Source of the DNA: Thermoplasmatota archaeon
GTDB taxonomy: Archaea; Thermoplasmatota; SW-10-69-26; JACQPN01; JAJPHT01
Assembly: GCA_035540375.1 (NCBI GenBank)
Contig: DATLGO010000070.1
Coordinates: 2,416-66,415, forward strand
Length of the DNA stretch: 64,000 nucleotides
Direction of reading: 5' to 3'
Position 1 is the first letter of the stretch, and every line of letters starts with the position of its first letter. The position numbers and the translations under genes were made by a program. The notes beneath the pieces were generated by a model that saw nothing but the letters and a program-made list of their open reading frames with translations, was not told the origin of the DNA and made no database searches. Shown here one piece after another: positions 28,523-37,620 of this stretch.

Positions 28523-29077
28523 TCAGAGCTTCAGGGCCCGCGCGACGAGCGCGCCTTCGACGACGCGCGTAAGGAAGCAATTGCTTTCGGGAACGAACGG
28601 GTAGGGGATGCGGAGCTTCAGGCGGTCGATCGCGGCGACGACCCCCTCGTACGCGCCGAGGCCTTCCTCGTCGAGCGTCGTCCGGTGCTCGACCGCGTAG
28701 CCGAGGGCCTGGAGCGACGCCACGGCTTCGACGCGGTAGAGCGGGAACGCGGGACGGAAGAAGTGGACGAGCGCGGTCGCGAGCGGAAGGTCGATCCCCA
28801 GACCCTTGAACTCGAGGAGCGCCTGCGCCGAAGGGTATTGCGACGTGGCGATCGCCTGGTTCAGGGCGCGCGCGACGGCCTCCGTCTCGCGCGGCTGGGG
28901 CGCGCCGACGAAGGCGGCGACGCGCTTCACGGCGTCGCTCGTCGCCTGCGGCTTCAGGGCGTAGATGACGGCCTCGTACCGGGTCGACTCGCGGGCCTGG
29001 TTGGCCGCGAAGAGGCGCGGGACCTCCTCGAAGAAGCGGTCCTCCTCGGTGAGGAAGAACGCGCGCTCGCGGGCCAC
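28523..29077 (-). CDS. Hypothetical protein
   Basis: GTG start 4 nt after the upstream stop. No domain recognised. Confidence 0.35.
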   Translation of the reverse strand: MARERAFFLTEEDRFFEEVPRLFAANQARESTRYEAVIYALKPQATSDAVKRVAAFVGAPQPRETEAVARALNQAIATSQYPSAQALLEFKGLGIDLPLATALVHFFRPAFPLYRVEAVASLQALGYAVEHRTTLDEEGLGAYEGVVAAIDRLKLRIPYPFVPESNCFLTRVVEGALVARALKL

Positions 29078-29081
29078 GCGC

Positions 29082-30194
29082 TCACTTCCCCTTCGGGGCG
29101 ATCCAGTCGTTGGACTTGAAGATCTCCGCAAGCAGCGCGTCGTCCTCCTTCGTGGGGAGGTTCGCGGCGAGGTAGTCGTTCCAGTCGGCCTCGCTGCCCG
29201 TGAACTTCTCGCCCTCGACCGTCCAGCGCTGGTCCGCGTAGGCGCCGATCGCGCGGCGGAACTTGAGGTCCGGGATGCGGATCTGCTTCTCTCCGGTGGG
29301 GAGGACCGCGTTCAGCTGCGTCGCAAGCTCGACGCACTCGCGGTGGTAGAGGTTGCGGTTGTAGTCGTTCAGGTTCTCCTTCTCGACGGGCGTGTCGGTC
29401 TCGAGCTCGTCGTAGCGGCACTTGAGGCCCCACACGTAGGCCCAGTGGGCCGTCGAGGAGCGGTCCTTGCCGAAGAGGTCGAACGCCGTCGGGACCCACT
29501 TGTTGAAGCGGCGCTGGATGAGGTCCGTCGGGATCTTGCCCGCCTGCAGGATGCGGCGGAGGCCGGTGTGGCCCGTGCCGAGGTGGAAGGCCTCCTCCTT
29601 GAGCATCGGACCCATGCTGCGCGCAAGCGGCGAGAAGGCCGAGCGCGAAAGCATCTTGAGCTGGTACTTGCCGTCGCGGTCGACGAACTCGGTGAACACG
29701 AAGAAGTCGAGCCAGTTGTCGCACGGCTCGTTGAAGCTGCCGAGGAGGCGCTCCTGGTCCCAGCTCCGGCGCTCGAGGAGCTTCTTCGCCTCGACCTTCC
29801 CCGTGTCGCCGAAGTGGTTGACGAGGAGGTACGACATCTGCCAGCCGTGCCGCTGCTCCTCGGCCATGACGCGGACGATGGACTTGAGGTCGTAGTCCGA
29901 GGGGGCCGTCGCGACGAGGTGGCGCTGCTGCTCGACGGAGGCGAACTCTGTGTCGCCCTGGTAGACGATGAGGTTCAGGAGGGCGTCGCGGACCTGCTGG
30001 TTGGGGACCTGCATCAGGGTGTTCCACTTCGCGCGGCCCTTGTAGTCGCCGAACTCGATGACGGGGCTGTCCTCCTCCGCGAACTTGGCCTCGAAGTGGA
30101 AGTCGCCGAGAAGGGTCGTGTCGAACTGGATGTCCTTCTGCCACTGGTGGAAGAACTCGATCCAGTCCTCGAAGGTCGAGATGGACTTGGCCAT
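29082..30194 (-). CDS. Ferritin-like diiron oxygenase, BoxB (benzoyl-CoA oxygenase component B)-like
   Basis: Strong resemblance to remembered BoxB blocks: IVYQGDTEFASVEQQR, EEQRHGW, FNEP..W..FF.FTEF.DRDGK.QL, AF.PLAR and EEAFH (ExxH diiron ligands). It is about 100 aa shorter than canonical BoxB. Confidence 0.55.
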   Translation of the reverse strand: MAKSISTFEDWIEFFHQWQKDIQFDTTLLGDFHFEAKFAEEDSPVIEFGDYKGRAKWNTLMQVPNQQVRDALLNLIVYQGDTEFASVEQQRHLVATAPSDYDLKSIVRVMAEEQRHGWQMSYLLVNHFGDTGKVEAKKLLERRSWDQERLLGSFNEPCDNWLDFFVFTEFVDRDGKYQLKMLSRSAFSPLARSMGPMLKEEAFHLGTGHTGLRRILQAGKIPTDLIQRRFNKWVPTAFDLFGKDRSSTAHWAYVWGLKCRYDELETDTPVEKENLNDYNRNLYHRECVELATQLNAVLPTGEKQIRIPDLKFRRAIGAYADQRWTVEGEKFTGSEADWNDYLAANLPTKEDDALLAEIFKSNDWIAPKGK

Positions 30195-30339
30195 GGCGTC
30201 ACCGACGCGGCGGGATGGGGGGGTTTGCCTTTAATCGTTTTCGCCCGGGCCTCGCGGATCGGTCGCCTTTTCCTCGTTTCTGCGACCGATCCACAACCGG
30301 CAACAATACCCATGTCATTCGGCGATCGAGGTCCCCACG

Positions 30340-30900
30340 ATGCGAATCTCTCTCCTGCCCGCGCCTGTCCTCGCGATCGCCCTCGTGCTCGCCGGCTGCG
30401 TGAGCCCGTCTCCGGCCTCCGCCGAGGACCCTTCGTCGACGGCGGAGGGCATCGAGGCGGCATCGCGCTCGGAACCGCGCCGGGAAGCTTTCGCCCCCCT
30501 GGTGTTCAAGGGCAACATCGGCGTCCACGCCTGCGCGGCGTCCGCGGCGGGCGCCCGGTGCGCGCCGATCCTCAATGAGAACAGCGTCGTCGGCTCCGAC
30601 TCCCCGGAGGACCGCGCGGGCCGGGTCACGCTCGTTTTGTCCTGGAAAGCCGCGAGTCCCTGGACCGAAGAGCTGCACATCGGCCTCTATCGGGTCGACG
30701 GTCCGTGCGCGCCGTCCTGCGGGAACGCGCCCGGCCGCGAGATCGCGACCGCCAAGGGTTCCTCCCCGCTGACGCTTGAGGGCGAGGTGGACGGGTATTA
30801 CGCGGTGCGGGTGTGGAAGACGGCTTGCGTCGAGATCGGTTGCGCAAGCCCCACGGACCAGGCGTTCCGCCTCGATGGGCAACTCCATCCGATGGCGTGA
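30340..30900 (+). CDS. Lipoprotein (paralog A)
   Basis: Lipobox LAGC. Shares ACxxxxxxRCxPIL...W(K)A......EE..(I/V)G..R...(N)C......G.SPLT..G.V.G.Y.V.VWK..CV...C..P.DQ.F.L with the next gene. Confidence 0.55.
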   Translation: MRISLLPAPVLAIALVLAGCVSPSPASAEDPSSTAEGIEAASRSEPRREAFAPLVFKGNIGVHACAASAAGARCAPILNENSVVGSDSPEDRAGRVTLVLSWKAASPWTEELHIGLYRVDGPCAPSCGNAPGREIATAKGSSPLTLEGEVDGYYAVRVWKTACVEIGCASPTDQAFRLDGQLHPMA

Positions 30901-30990
30901 CCCGGTCCCGGTCCCGGCGCCCGGCGCCCGGTCCCGGACCCGGTCCCGACTTCCGACGCCCGGCGCCCGGCCCCGGCGCCCGATCCCCTT
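30901..30990. repeat. CCCGG(T/C)-type C-tract microsatellite (same family as 24215-24455, opposite strand)
   Basis: cccggtcccggtcccggcgcccggcgcccggtcccggacccggtcccg... immediately after the paralog A stop. Confidence 0.75.
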
Positions 30991-31076
30991 GCGCTCCGAG
31001 GTGCGCTCGGCCGCCGCAACATCCGCGCCACAAGACTTATGGCGGGCGAAGCGGCCTCGCGGTCGAGGCTCAGACC

Positions 31077-31652
31077 ATGCGCATTCCGACGTTCGCCCTG
31101 ACGGGGCTCCTTCTCTCGCTCGCCTTCGCCGGCTGCATCGGGAATCCCGAGAAGCCGGGGGCCACCGACGACGGCGGTCTCGAGCCCGCGGACGCGCTCG
31201 CGGCGGTCCCCCAGAACTTCACGTTCGACGGGAACACGGGCGCCTTCGCGTGCGGCTTCACGCCGGTGGCGGGCCGCTGCGTGCCCATCCTGCCGAGCAA
31301 CAACGGCGTGACGTCGAAGGGCGAGAACGACACCGCGGGGAACGTGACGGTGACGGCCACGTGGAAGGCCGTGGCGACGTACACGGAAGAGATGTACGTC
31401 GGGATCTTCAGGCTCAAGAGCAACTGCGGCTCGAAGTGCTCGGACAAGGACCTCGACGAGGTCCAATACCTCAAGGGCAAGTCGCCGCTCACCGTGTCTG
31501 GGAAGGTCAACGGGCTCTACGGCGTCTTCGTGTGGAAGAACGAGTGCGTCCCCGTCGCGTGCGTGCGCCCCGTGGACCAGCCGTTCAAGCTCGAATACGC
31601 GGTCGAGCCCTACTGGACGGCCGCGGACATGGAGCACGGCCACAAGCACTGA
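31077..31652 (+). CDS. Lipoprotein (paralog B)
   Basis: Lipobox FAGC. Alignable with 30340..30900. Confidence 0.55.
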   Translation: MRIPTFALTGLLLSLAFAGCIGNPEKPGATDDGGLEPADALAAVPQNFTFDGNTGAFACGFTPVAGRCVPILPSNNGVTSKGENDTAGNVTVTATWKAVATYTEEMYVGIFRLKSNCGSKCSDKDLDEVQYLKGKSPLTVSGKVNGLYGVFVWKNECVPVACVRPVDQPFKLEYAVEPYWTAADMEHGHKH

Positions 31653-31700
31653 GTCACCGCAAACGCCAAACCGGACGACGCCGCTCGCCACCCGATCATC

Positions 31701-32189
31701 ATGGCGAGCGGCATCACCCCCGTCCTGAACGTGTCGAGCGTCGAGAAATCCGCCGAGTTCTACCGAGGCCTCGGTCTCAAGATCAAGCGCGAGTCCATGG
31801 GCGGCATGAGCTGGTCCACGGTCCGCTCCGGCGACGCCGCGCTCCTGCTCTTTCCCAAGGACGCGATCCCGGAGGGCGCGCCCGCGGACACGGCCGCGTG
31901 GCTCTCGGGCGAGCTCGGCAAGGGCGTGCTCATCTCGATCGGCGTCGCGAACGCGAAGCGCGCGTGGGAGAAGGCGCAGGCGATGCGCGCGAACGTGGAC
32001 CAGCCGATCGAGGCGAACCCGTGGGGCGGCCAGAGCTTCATGCTCACGGACCCGGACGGCTACGCGATCCAGGTGAGCGACCGCTGGCCCGAAGGGCCCG
32101 CGACGCGCAAGGCCCCCCGCAAGGCCCCGAAGGCGCGCGGGAAGGCGCCGAAGCGCGGCGCGAAGAAGACGCGGAAGGCGCGAAAGTAG
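31701..32189 (+). CDS. VOC/glyoxalase-family protein with a Lys/Arg-rich C-terminal tail
   Basis: Glyoxalase fold (VLNVSSVEKSAEFYRGLGL...DPDGY). Tail is KAPRKAPKARGKAPKRGAKKTRKARK. Confidence 0.7.
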   Translation: MASGITPVLNVSSVEKSAEFYRGLGLKIKRESMGGMSWSTVRSGDAALLLFPKDAIPEGAPADTAAWLSGELGKGVLISIGVANAKRAWEKAQAMRANVDQPIEANPWGGQSFMLTDPDGYAIQVSDRWPEGPATRKAPRKAPKARGKAPKRGAKKTRKARK

Positions 32190-32231
32190 GGCGAGGCGGA
32201 GTCGCCGGCGGCGCGCGGCGTCGACCGGCGC

Positions 32232-32579
32232 TCAACCGAGCAGGGATTTGACGAAGAGGATGTCGGTGAAGCTCGCCTTCACCTTGACGCGCTTCTCGAG
32301 GTACGCGCGCATCGCAGGCAGCTCCTTGTTGAGGATCGCGAGGAGGTCCTTCGTCGAGACGCTCATCGACGCGTCCGGCTTCGGGTGTCGCTCGGATTCG
32401 ACGCGCACGAGGTTGCCGTCCTCGACGTGGAACGTGTACGCCGCGCCGTCCGTGACGTCGAGGAGCACGATGCGGTTCTTGCCTTTGAGCTTCTGCCTGA
32501 GCTCCGGCGAAGCGTCGTAGCGCTTGCGGAACCCGTTCACGATGCGGTCGACGGCTTCCTGGACGGTCGTGACGGTCAT
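32232..32579 (-). CDS. SCP2 sterol-carrier-like domain protein
   Basis: 115-aa SCP2 pattern. ATGA overlap with the rnhB stop. Confidence 0.65.
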   Translation of the reverse strand: MTVTTVQEAVDRIVNGFRKRYDASPELRQKLKGKNRIVLLDVTDGAAYTFHVEDGNLVRVESERHPKPDASMSVSTKDLLAILNKELPAMRAYLEKRVKVKASFTDILFVKSLLG

Positions 32580-33274
32580 GGGGATCCCTCCTCGAACTCG
32601 GCGAGGCTCGCGGCGCGCGGGGCGAGAAGCCGCCGCGTCGTCTCCCACCGCCGTCGCGCGCACGCGGGGACGTCGCCGTGCTCGCGGTGCCAATCGGCGA
32701 GGAAGCGCTGCGTCGTCGGATCCGAGGCGTAGCCGGACCCGACGTCGCGCCCGAGGGCGCGCCCGACCTCGGCCATGAGCCGGTCGCGCTCCACCTTCGC
32801 GACGATGCTCGCGGCCGAGACGACCGGATGCCGCGCGTCGGCCTTGTGCTCGGATGCGATGCGGCACGGCCGGGCCATGCGCGCGCCCACGGCGAGACCG
32901 AACCGCTTCGCGTCGACGTCGCACGCGTCCACGGCGGCCTCGTCCGCGCCGAGGGCGTCGAGCACTTCGGCGAAAAGCTCGGCCTCGAGCGCGTTCAGCG
33001 AGCCGCGCGCCATCGCGCGATCGAGCTCCGCGGGCTCCGCGACGCGCACCACGACGGCGGCGGCCGCGCCGCGGATCGCAAGGTCGAGCGTCTCCCGCCT
33101 CGCCGGCGCGAGCTTCTTCGAATCCTTCACGCCGAGGGCCGCGAGCGCGCGCTCGTCGTCGGCAAGCACGCCCGCGACGACGAGGGGGCCGAGCACGGGA
33201 CCGCGCCCGGCCTCGTCCACGCCCGCCTTCGGCGGGGCGGTGGCGGCGGTCCTCCGGGCGGCGCGCGCGGGCAC
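32576..33274 (-). CDS. rnhB: Ribonuclease HII
   Basis: GVDEAGRGPVLGPLVVAGV and DSKKL motifs. GTG start. Confidence 0.85.
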   Translation of the reverse strand: MPARAARRTAATAPPKAGVDEAGRGPVLGPLVVAGVLADDERALAALGVKDSKKLAPARRETLDLAIRGAAAAVVVRVAEPAELDRAMARGSLNALEAELFAEVLDALGADEAAVDACDVDAKRFGLAVGARMARPCRIASEHKADARHPVVSAASIVAKVERDRLMAEVGRALGRDVGSGYASDPTTQRFLADWHREHGDVPACARRRWETTRRLLAPRAASLAEFEEGSP

Positions 33275-33297
33275 GCGGCCCCGAAATCCGTCGCCCG

Positions 33298-33306
33298 AGA
33301 TAAATC
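33298..33306 (-). promoter_or_regulatory. TATA-box-like element (ATTTATCTC) about 28 nt upstream of the rnhB start
   Basis: AT-rich 9-mer in a 70%-GC background at the archaeal TATA position. Implies a leaderless transcript. Confidence 0.35.
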
Positions 33307-33386
33307 CCGCCGGGTCTCGCCGCGCGGCGGACGCGCGGGCGGGCTTCGCGGGAAAGCTTCAAGGCGCGCGCGGCGGGTGACGGAGC

Positions 33387-33848
33387 GTGGTCGAGCCCGC
33401 CACCATCGCGACGGCGTTCATCATCCTCGGCATCCTGCTCCTCCTCATCGAGGCCGCGATGCCCGGCTTCTTCATCGCCGTCCCCGCGACCGTGCTCGTC
33501 CTGCTCGGCCTCATCGCGTTCGCGGTCCCCGAGTTCGACCTCTTCTCGTGGCAGGCCCCCGCGCTCGCCTTCGTGATCGGCCTCCCCGCGACCGTCCTCA
33601 CGATCCTCGCGTACCGCAAGATGGCGCCCGCGACCGCGCCCCCCACGACGATGAGCGGCGACCGGCTCGTGGGCCGCGAGTGCGTCGTGACGCGCGCGAT
33701 CGAGCCCACCTCGTCGAAGGGCAAGGTTCGCCTCGGGCTCGAGGAGTGGAGCGCGACCGCGGATGCGCCCATCGAGGTCGGGGCGCGCGTGCGCATCGAG
33801 CGCGTGGACGGGGTCATCCTGCGGGTCGCGGCCGTCGAACCCCTCTGA
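33387..33848 (+). CDS. NfeD-family membrane protein (short form, stomatin-operon partner)
   Basis: Three N-terminal TM helices and a C-terminal OB-fold region (GRECVVTRAI...GKVRL...WSA...VGARVRIERVDGVIL). Confidence 0.7.
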   Translation: MVEPATIATAFIILGILLLLIEAAMPGFFIAVPATVLVLLGLIAFAVPEFDLFSWQAPALAFVIGLPATVLTILAYRKMAPATAPPTTMSGDRLVGRECVVTRAIEPTSSKGKVRLGLEEWSATADAPIEVGARVRIERVDGVILRVAAVEPL

Positions 33849-33917
33849 TCGGGGGATCGTCGACGGATCGGCAAAGGGTTCTTGATCTCCCGGCACGCCT
33901 TGGTGTCGAGGCTCGCC

Positions 33918-35648
33918 ATGCGCCCCCCCGCCAGGTTCCTCCTTCTCATCGTCGCTTTCACGCTCCTCGCGTCCCCGGCCCTCGCGAAGATCCACGAGGT
34001 CCGCGTCAAGTACGAGATGGAGGAACAGGGCGGCCCGGCCCCCGGACAGAAGAACTGCGTGCGGGAGGCCGCGCTCGGGGAAGGCACGGCCGATTGTCCC
34101 GAGGTCGTCGACACGCGCTACCATCCCCAGCGCGCGATCCTCATGCTCGACAGCGTCTACACCGTGGTCCCGGGCGTGGAGGGCTACCTCGCGACCCTGC
34201 GCGACCCGGCGCCAAATTCGGGCACCCCGAGCAACGGTCAGGGCACGAGTCTCCACCGGCATACGGATGGCCTCCTCCCCGAGATCATCTATCCGGGCTT
34301 CGGACAGTTCGAGGGATGGCTCGGGCGTTGGCACGACCAGAACGCCGATGCGTTCATCCAGTACCACCGGGGCGCGACGAGCTCGCCGAGCGCGCATCCT
34401 CCGGCCAACGAGTGGATGCCGGCGCTCGGGGGAACCATGCTCGGCTTCATCGAGCCCGGCAGCCACCCCAGCTACGGGGCGCGGACCCGCCCGATGCCCA
34501 CGGAGCCGGACATCGTCTATGCGTCCACGATGGTGGGGACCTACGGGGCCTGGGCGCACGCCACGGGCGCCACGAGCGACGGGATCATCCTTTTCGTGGA
34601 CGGATCGCTCTTCAAATCAGCGCGGGTGGACACCGTCACGAATGCGATCCTCGCGCCCGACCCGGACGGCCGCTTCCCGTTCACCCTCGGTGCCACGTCG
34701 CTTCTGGACATCGACCGCTACGCCGCGGTCGCGCCGGGGCCGATCGCGGCCCTCTACGGCGTGACGGTGGGGGATCTCGTCACGGACCTGGGCAGCCCAA
34801 GCATGGGCTGGTGTCCCAACGGGTGCCGCGTCGGGCCCGTTCCGATGGGCGCGCTGCCCGTCGCGGAGCCGCTCGGTCCGGCGCACGCAGCGCTCTACGC
34901 GCCGTACCCGCGCGAGTGGCGGGACACCGAGCGCGGCGTCGGGGCGGCGTACGGTTCCGCCTATCTCGCCGCCTACGAGCCGTGGGCCGACCTCCGGCCC
35001 TATTGGTCGCCCCTCCATGTCGTGAACGAGAACGCCTCCTCCCTGCGTCCCGGACCCTTGCCGGGCCGCGGCGAACACGGGGGCCAGGCGATGGTCCCCG
35101 GCATCCTGACCTTCGAGCTTCGGACGGGCCTCTGGCATGACGCCGACGGGGACGGGGTCGTCGGATCCGCGCTCGCGGGAGACGTCTACGAGTCGGGCTC
35201 GCGCCCGGACCCCGACGATTACGTGAACAGCCAGGGCGAGTACCTCGGGCAGTTCGTCACGAAGACCCCCTCGCCGTCCTCGCCGCTCCACCGGCTCGCC
35301 GTCACCCTGCGTCCGCACGACACGTGGGGACCGGCCGGCATCTTCGTCGGCGCTCCGCCCTCGCTCACGACCATCTACAACGAGCCCACCCTCGCGTGCG
35401 CGGGCGGCAATTGCGTGCGCGAGCCCACGAACTACTGGAAATCGGGGCGGGAGGAGGTCACCCTCTACGCGTACCGGGACAGCCAGGAGCTCGGACGGTA
35501 CGTCGTCGGGGGCGTCATCTTCCCGACGGGGACCCTCGCAGGCGGGTTCGAGGCGTGCACCGATGTCGTCTACCTCCGGCACGCGTCCGGCGGCGCCGAA
35601 CGCATCGACCCCGTCTGGGACTGCGACGCCATCGAGCGGCTCGCGTGA
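33918..35648 (+). CDS. Secreted protein, novel paralogous family, copy 1
   Basis: Signal peptide. Family motifs C..EA......CP, LPxIIxPGxG, PGSHP, FVDGSL, YAPYPREW, RTGLWHDADGDGVVG, DPDDY..QGEY, CTD and WDCDAIERLA. Confidence 0.75.
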   Translation: MRPPARFLLLIVAFTLLASPALAKIHEVRVKYEMEEQGGPAPGQKNCVREAALGEGTADCPEVVDTRYHPQRAILMLDSVYTVVPGVEGYLATLRDPAPNSGTPSNGQGTSLHRHTDGLLPEIIYPGFGQFEGWLGRWHDQNADAFIQYHRGATSSPSAHPPANEWMPALGGTMLGFIEPGSHPSYGARTRPMPTEPDIVYASTMVGTYGAWAHATGATSDGIILFVDGSLFKSARVDTVTNAILAPDPDGRFPFTLGATSLLDIDRYAAVAPGPIAALYGVTVGDLVTDLGSPSMGWCPNGCRVGPVPMGALPVAEPLGPAHAALYAPYPREWRDTERGVGAAYGSAYLAAYEPWADLRPYWSPLHVVNENASSLRPGPLPGRGEHGGQAMVPGILTFELRTGLWHDADGDGVVGSALAGDVYESGSRPDPDDYVNSQGEYLGQFVTKTPSPSSPLHRLAVTLRPHDTWGPAGIFVGAPPSLTTIYNEPTLACAGGNCVREPTNYWKSGREEVTLYAYRDSQELGRYVVGGVIFPTGTLAGGFEACTDVVYLRHASGGAERIDPVWDCDAIERLA

Positions 35649-35731
35649 TCCCTCAACCACGCAGGACCCGACATAGCAGGGAAGAATACAAGGCGCCTCT
35701 CGCATCCGTACGGTCGAGGAGAGGCCCAGCC

Positions 35732-37558
35732 TTGCGTGTCAGCGTGTCTTTCATCATCGTCCTCATGGTCGGCGCCGCCGGATCGGCGGCCGCCGGCGGA
35801 TACTTCTCGAACGCGAAGCTCGAGCGCGACGAGATCAACGGTCTCGCGCTCGACGCCCAAGGGCAGCGGACCTGCATCCGCGAGGCGATGGCCGCGTCGC
35901 GGGACGCGCCGTGCGCGCGCGAGCCGGTCCCCAATTACTTCTACGCCCCGCCCCGCGAGCCCTACGAGGGCACGCTCATCCTCGACAGCTTCTACACGAC
36001 GTACCAGGGCGTCCGACCGGCCGGCGACCACGTACGCGGCCTCGACGAGACGGTCGAGGACGTCCCGGCCGCGATCGACGGCCAGCGCGCTCCCGCCACG
36101 TCGGGCCAGACGGGCGGGAACAACCTGCACCGCGACACCGACGGGGAGCTTCCGGACGTCATCCTGCCCGGCATCGGGCAGGTGCGCGCGTGGCACGGAC
36201 ATTGGGACGACAAGAACGAGAACGGCATCATCGAGAGCTGGGGCGGCGCCGGAAGCCGCGCCGCGGTCGACAACGAATGGAGCTCCAAGCCGTTCGGCAA
36301 GATCGCGGCCTACGTCGACCCGGGCTCGCACCCGGACTACCGCAACCTCGACCGTCCGGGCGATTCGAGCCCTGACTTCTGGTATTCCCGATTCGTCGGG
36401 TCCGGTTACACGTACTACCAGACCGGCCTGCAGGCCACGAACTTCATCCTCTTCACCGACGGGTCGCTCCTCAAGTCGATGATGATCCGCTCCGTCACGG
36501 ACCCCATCCTCGCGCCCAACGAAGACGGCACGGTCCCCTACACGACGACGGACAAGAGCCTCGTGGACATCGACGTGTACAACGCCCTCGCGCCCGGACC
36601 CATCGCAGGGCTGTACGTCAGCACCGTCGGCGGCCCCGTGAACCAGATCGGGAGCCCCTCCGTGGGATCCTGCCCCAACGGGTGCCGCCCCGGCGTGTTC
36701 TCGACGCGCGGCCTCGGCCTCGACCCGCTCGAGCCCTTCGTCGCGGCGCTCGCGAGCGACCTCTACGCGCCCTACCCGCGCGAATGGGCCGAGGGCGAAG
36801 GCTCCACGTCGTCCGGCCGGCACGCGGACCACATCGCCGCCTACACGCCGTGGATCGACCTCATCCCATCGTGGGGCTACCGCTCCACGAGCAACCTCGA
36901 CGTCTACTACTTCTTCCGCGGCGGGCCGCTTCCCGGCAAGACGGCCGACGGCCGGCAGGCGATGCTGCCGGGCTTCCTTTCGTTCGAGATCCGCACCGGC
37001 ATCTGGAAGGACCTCGACGGGGACGGCTTCGTCGGCTCCGGCGGATCGGATCCGTACCACGGCGGAACCCGCCCGCTCGGGGACGACTACACGGACCCGC
37101 GCGGCGAATTCTTCGGCATCTTCGCGGATTCGGGGTCGTACCAGACCGCCTCGTCGTTCCGTCTCCACCTCGTTCCGGACACCACGTGGGGGGGCGGCGT
37201 GCTCGACTACGAAAAGGTCGCGCTGACCGGCGCGGACAAGACGAAACCCAACATCGTCTGCTACGAGCAGGGCGGCCGCACGACGTGCGTCTACGAGCCC
37301 ACCTCGAGCGGATACTACCTCGGCAACGAGACGCTGACGCTCAGCGCGCGGCGCGACGTCGTGGGCTACAGCGCCGGGGACGACCGCACGCCGGGGCTCT
37401 ATCGATCCGGCGCCATGTTCCTCCCGTTCGGATCCGAAGGCATCGGCTTCACGGTGTGCACGGACGAGCTCACGCTGAAGTACGACACGCCGGAAGGCGA
37501 GGCCACGGCGACGCTCAAGGACTGCGACTGGATCGGACCCCTCGCGCCCCCCGGTTGA
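35732..37558 (+). CDS. Secreted protein, novel paralogous family, copy 2
   Basis: TTG start after a GAGGAGAGG SD-like sequence. Motifs include HGHW, PGSHP, RPGDSSPDFW, YAPYPREW, GRHADH, WKDLDGDGFVG, DPRGEFFGIFAD and DCDWIGPLA. Confidence 0.8.
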   Translation: MRVSVSFIIVLMVGAAGSAAAGGYFSNAKLERDEINGLALDAQGQRTCIREAMAASRDAPCAREPVPNYFYAPPREPYEGTLILDSFYTTYQGVRPAGDHVRGLDETVEDVPAAIDGQRAPATSGQTGGNNLHRDTDGELPDVILPGIGQVRAWHGHWDDKNENGIIESWGGAGSRAAVDNEWSSKPFGKIAAYVDPGSHPDYRNLDRPGDSSPDFWYSRFVGSGYTYYQTGLQATNFILFTDGSLLKSMMIRSVTDPILAPNEDGTVPYTTTDKSLVDIDVYNALAPGPIAGLYVSTVGGPVNQIGSPSVGSCPNGCRPGVFSTRGLGLDPLEPFVAALASDLYAPYPREWAEGEGSTSSGRHADHIAAYTPWIDLIPSWGYRSTSNLDVYYFFRGGPLPGKTADGRQAMLPGFLSFEIRTGIWKDLDGDGFVGSGGSDPYHGGTRPLGDDYTDPRGEFFGIFADSGSYQTASSFRLHLVPDTTWGGGVLDYEKVALTGADKTKPNIVCYEQGGRTTCVYEPTSSGYYLGNETLTLSARRDVVGYSAGDDRTPGLYRSGAMFLPFGSEGIGFTVCTDELTLKYDTPEGEATATLKDCDWIGPLAPPG

Positions 37559-37620
37559 CCCGACGGGACTGCGATGGATAGAAGACGACACCCCCGCACT
37601 CACCCCACGGAGAGGGTTCC

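Noticed and set aside
32455-32585. Possible frameshift in the SCP2 gene
   Set aside because: My manual indexing near 32460 appears off by one relative to the ORF track, which shows a continuous protein. I treated this as my own counting limit. Coordinates in 32460-33270 may be plus or minus 1.
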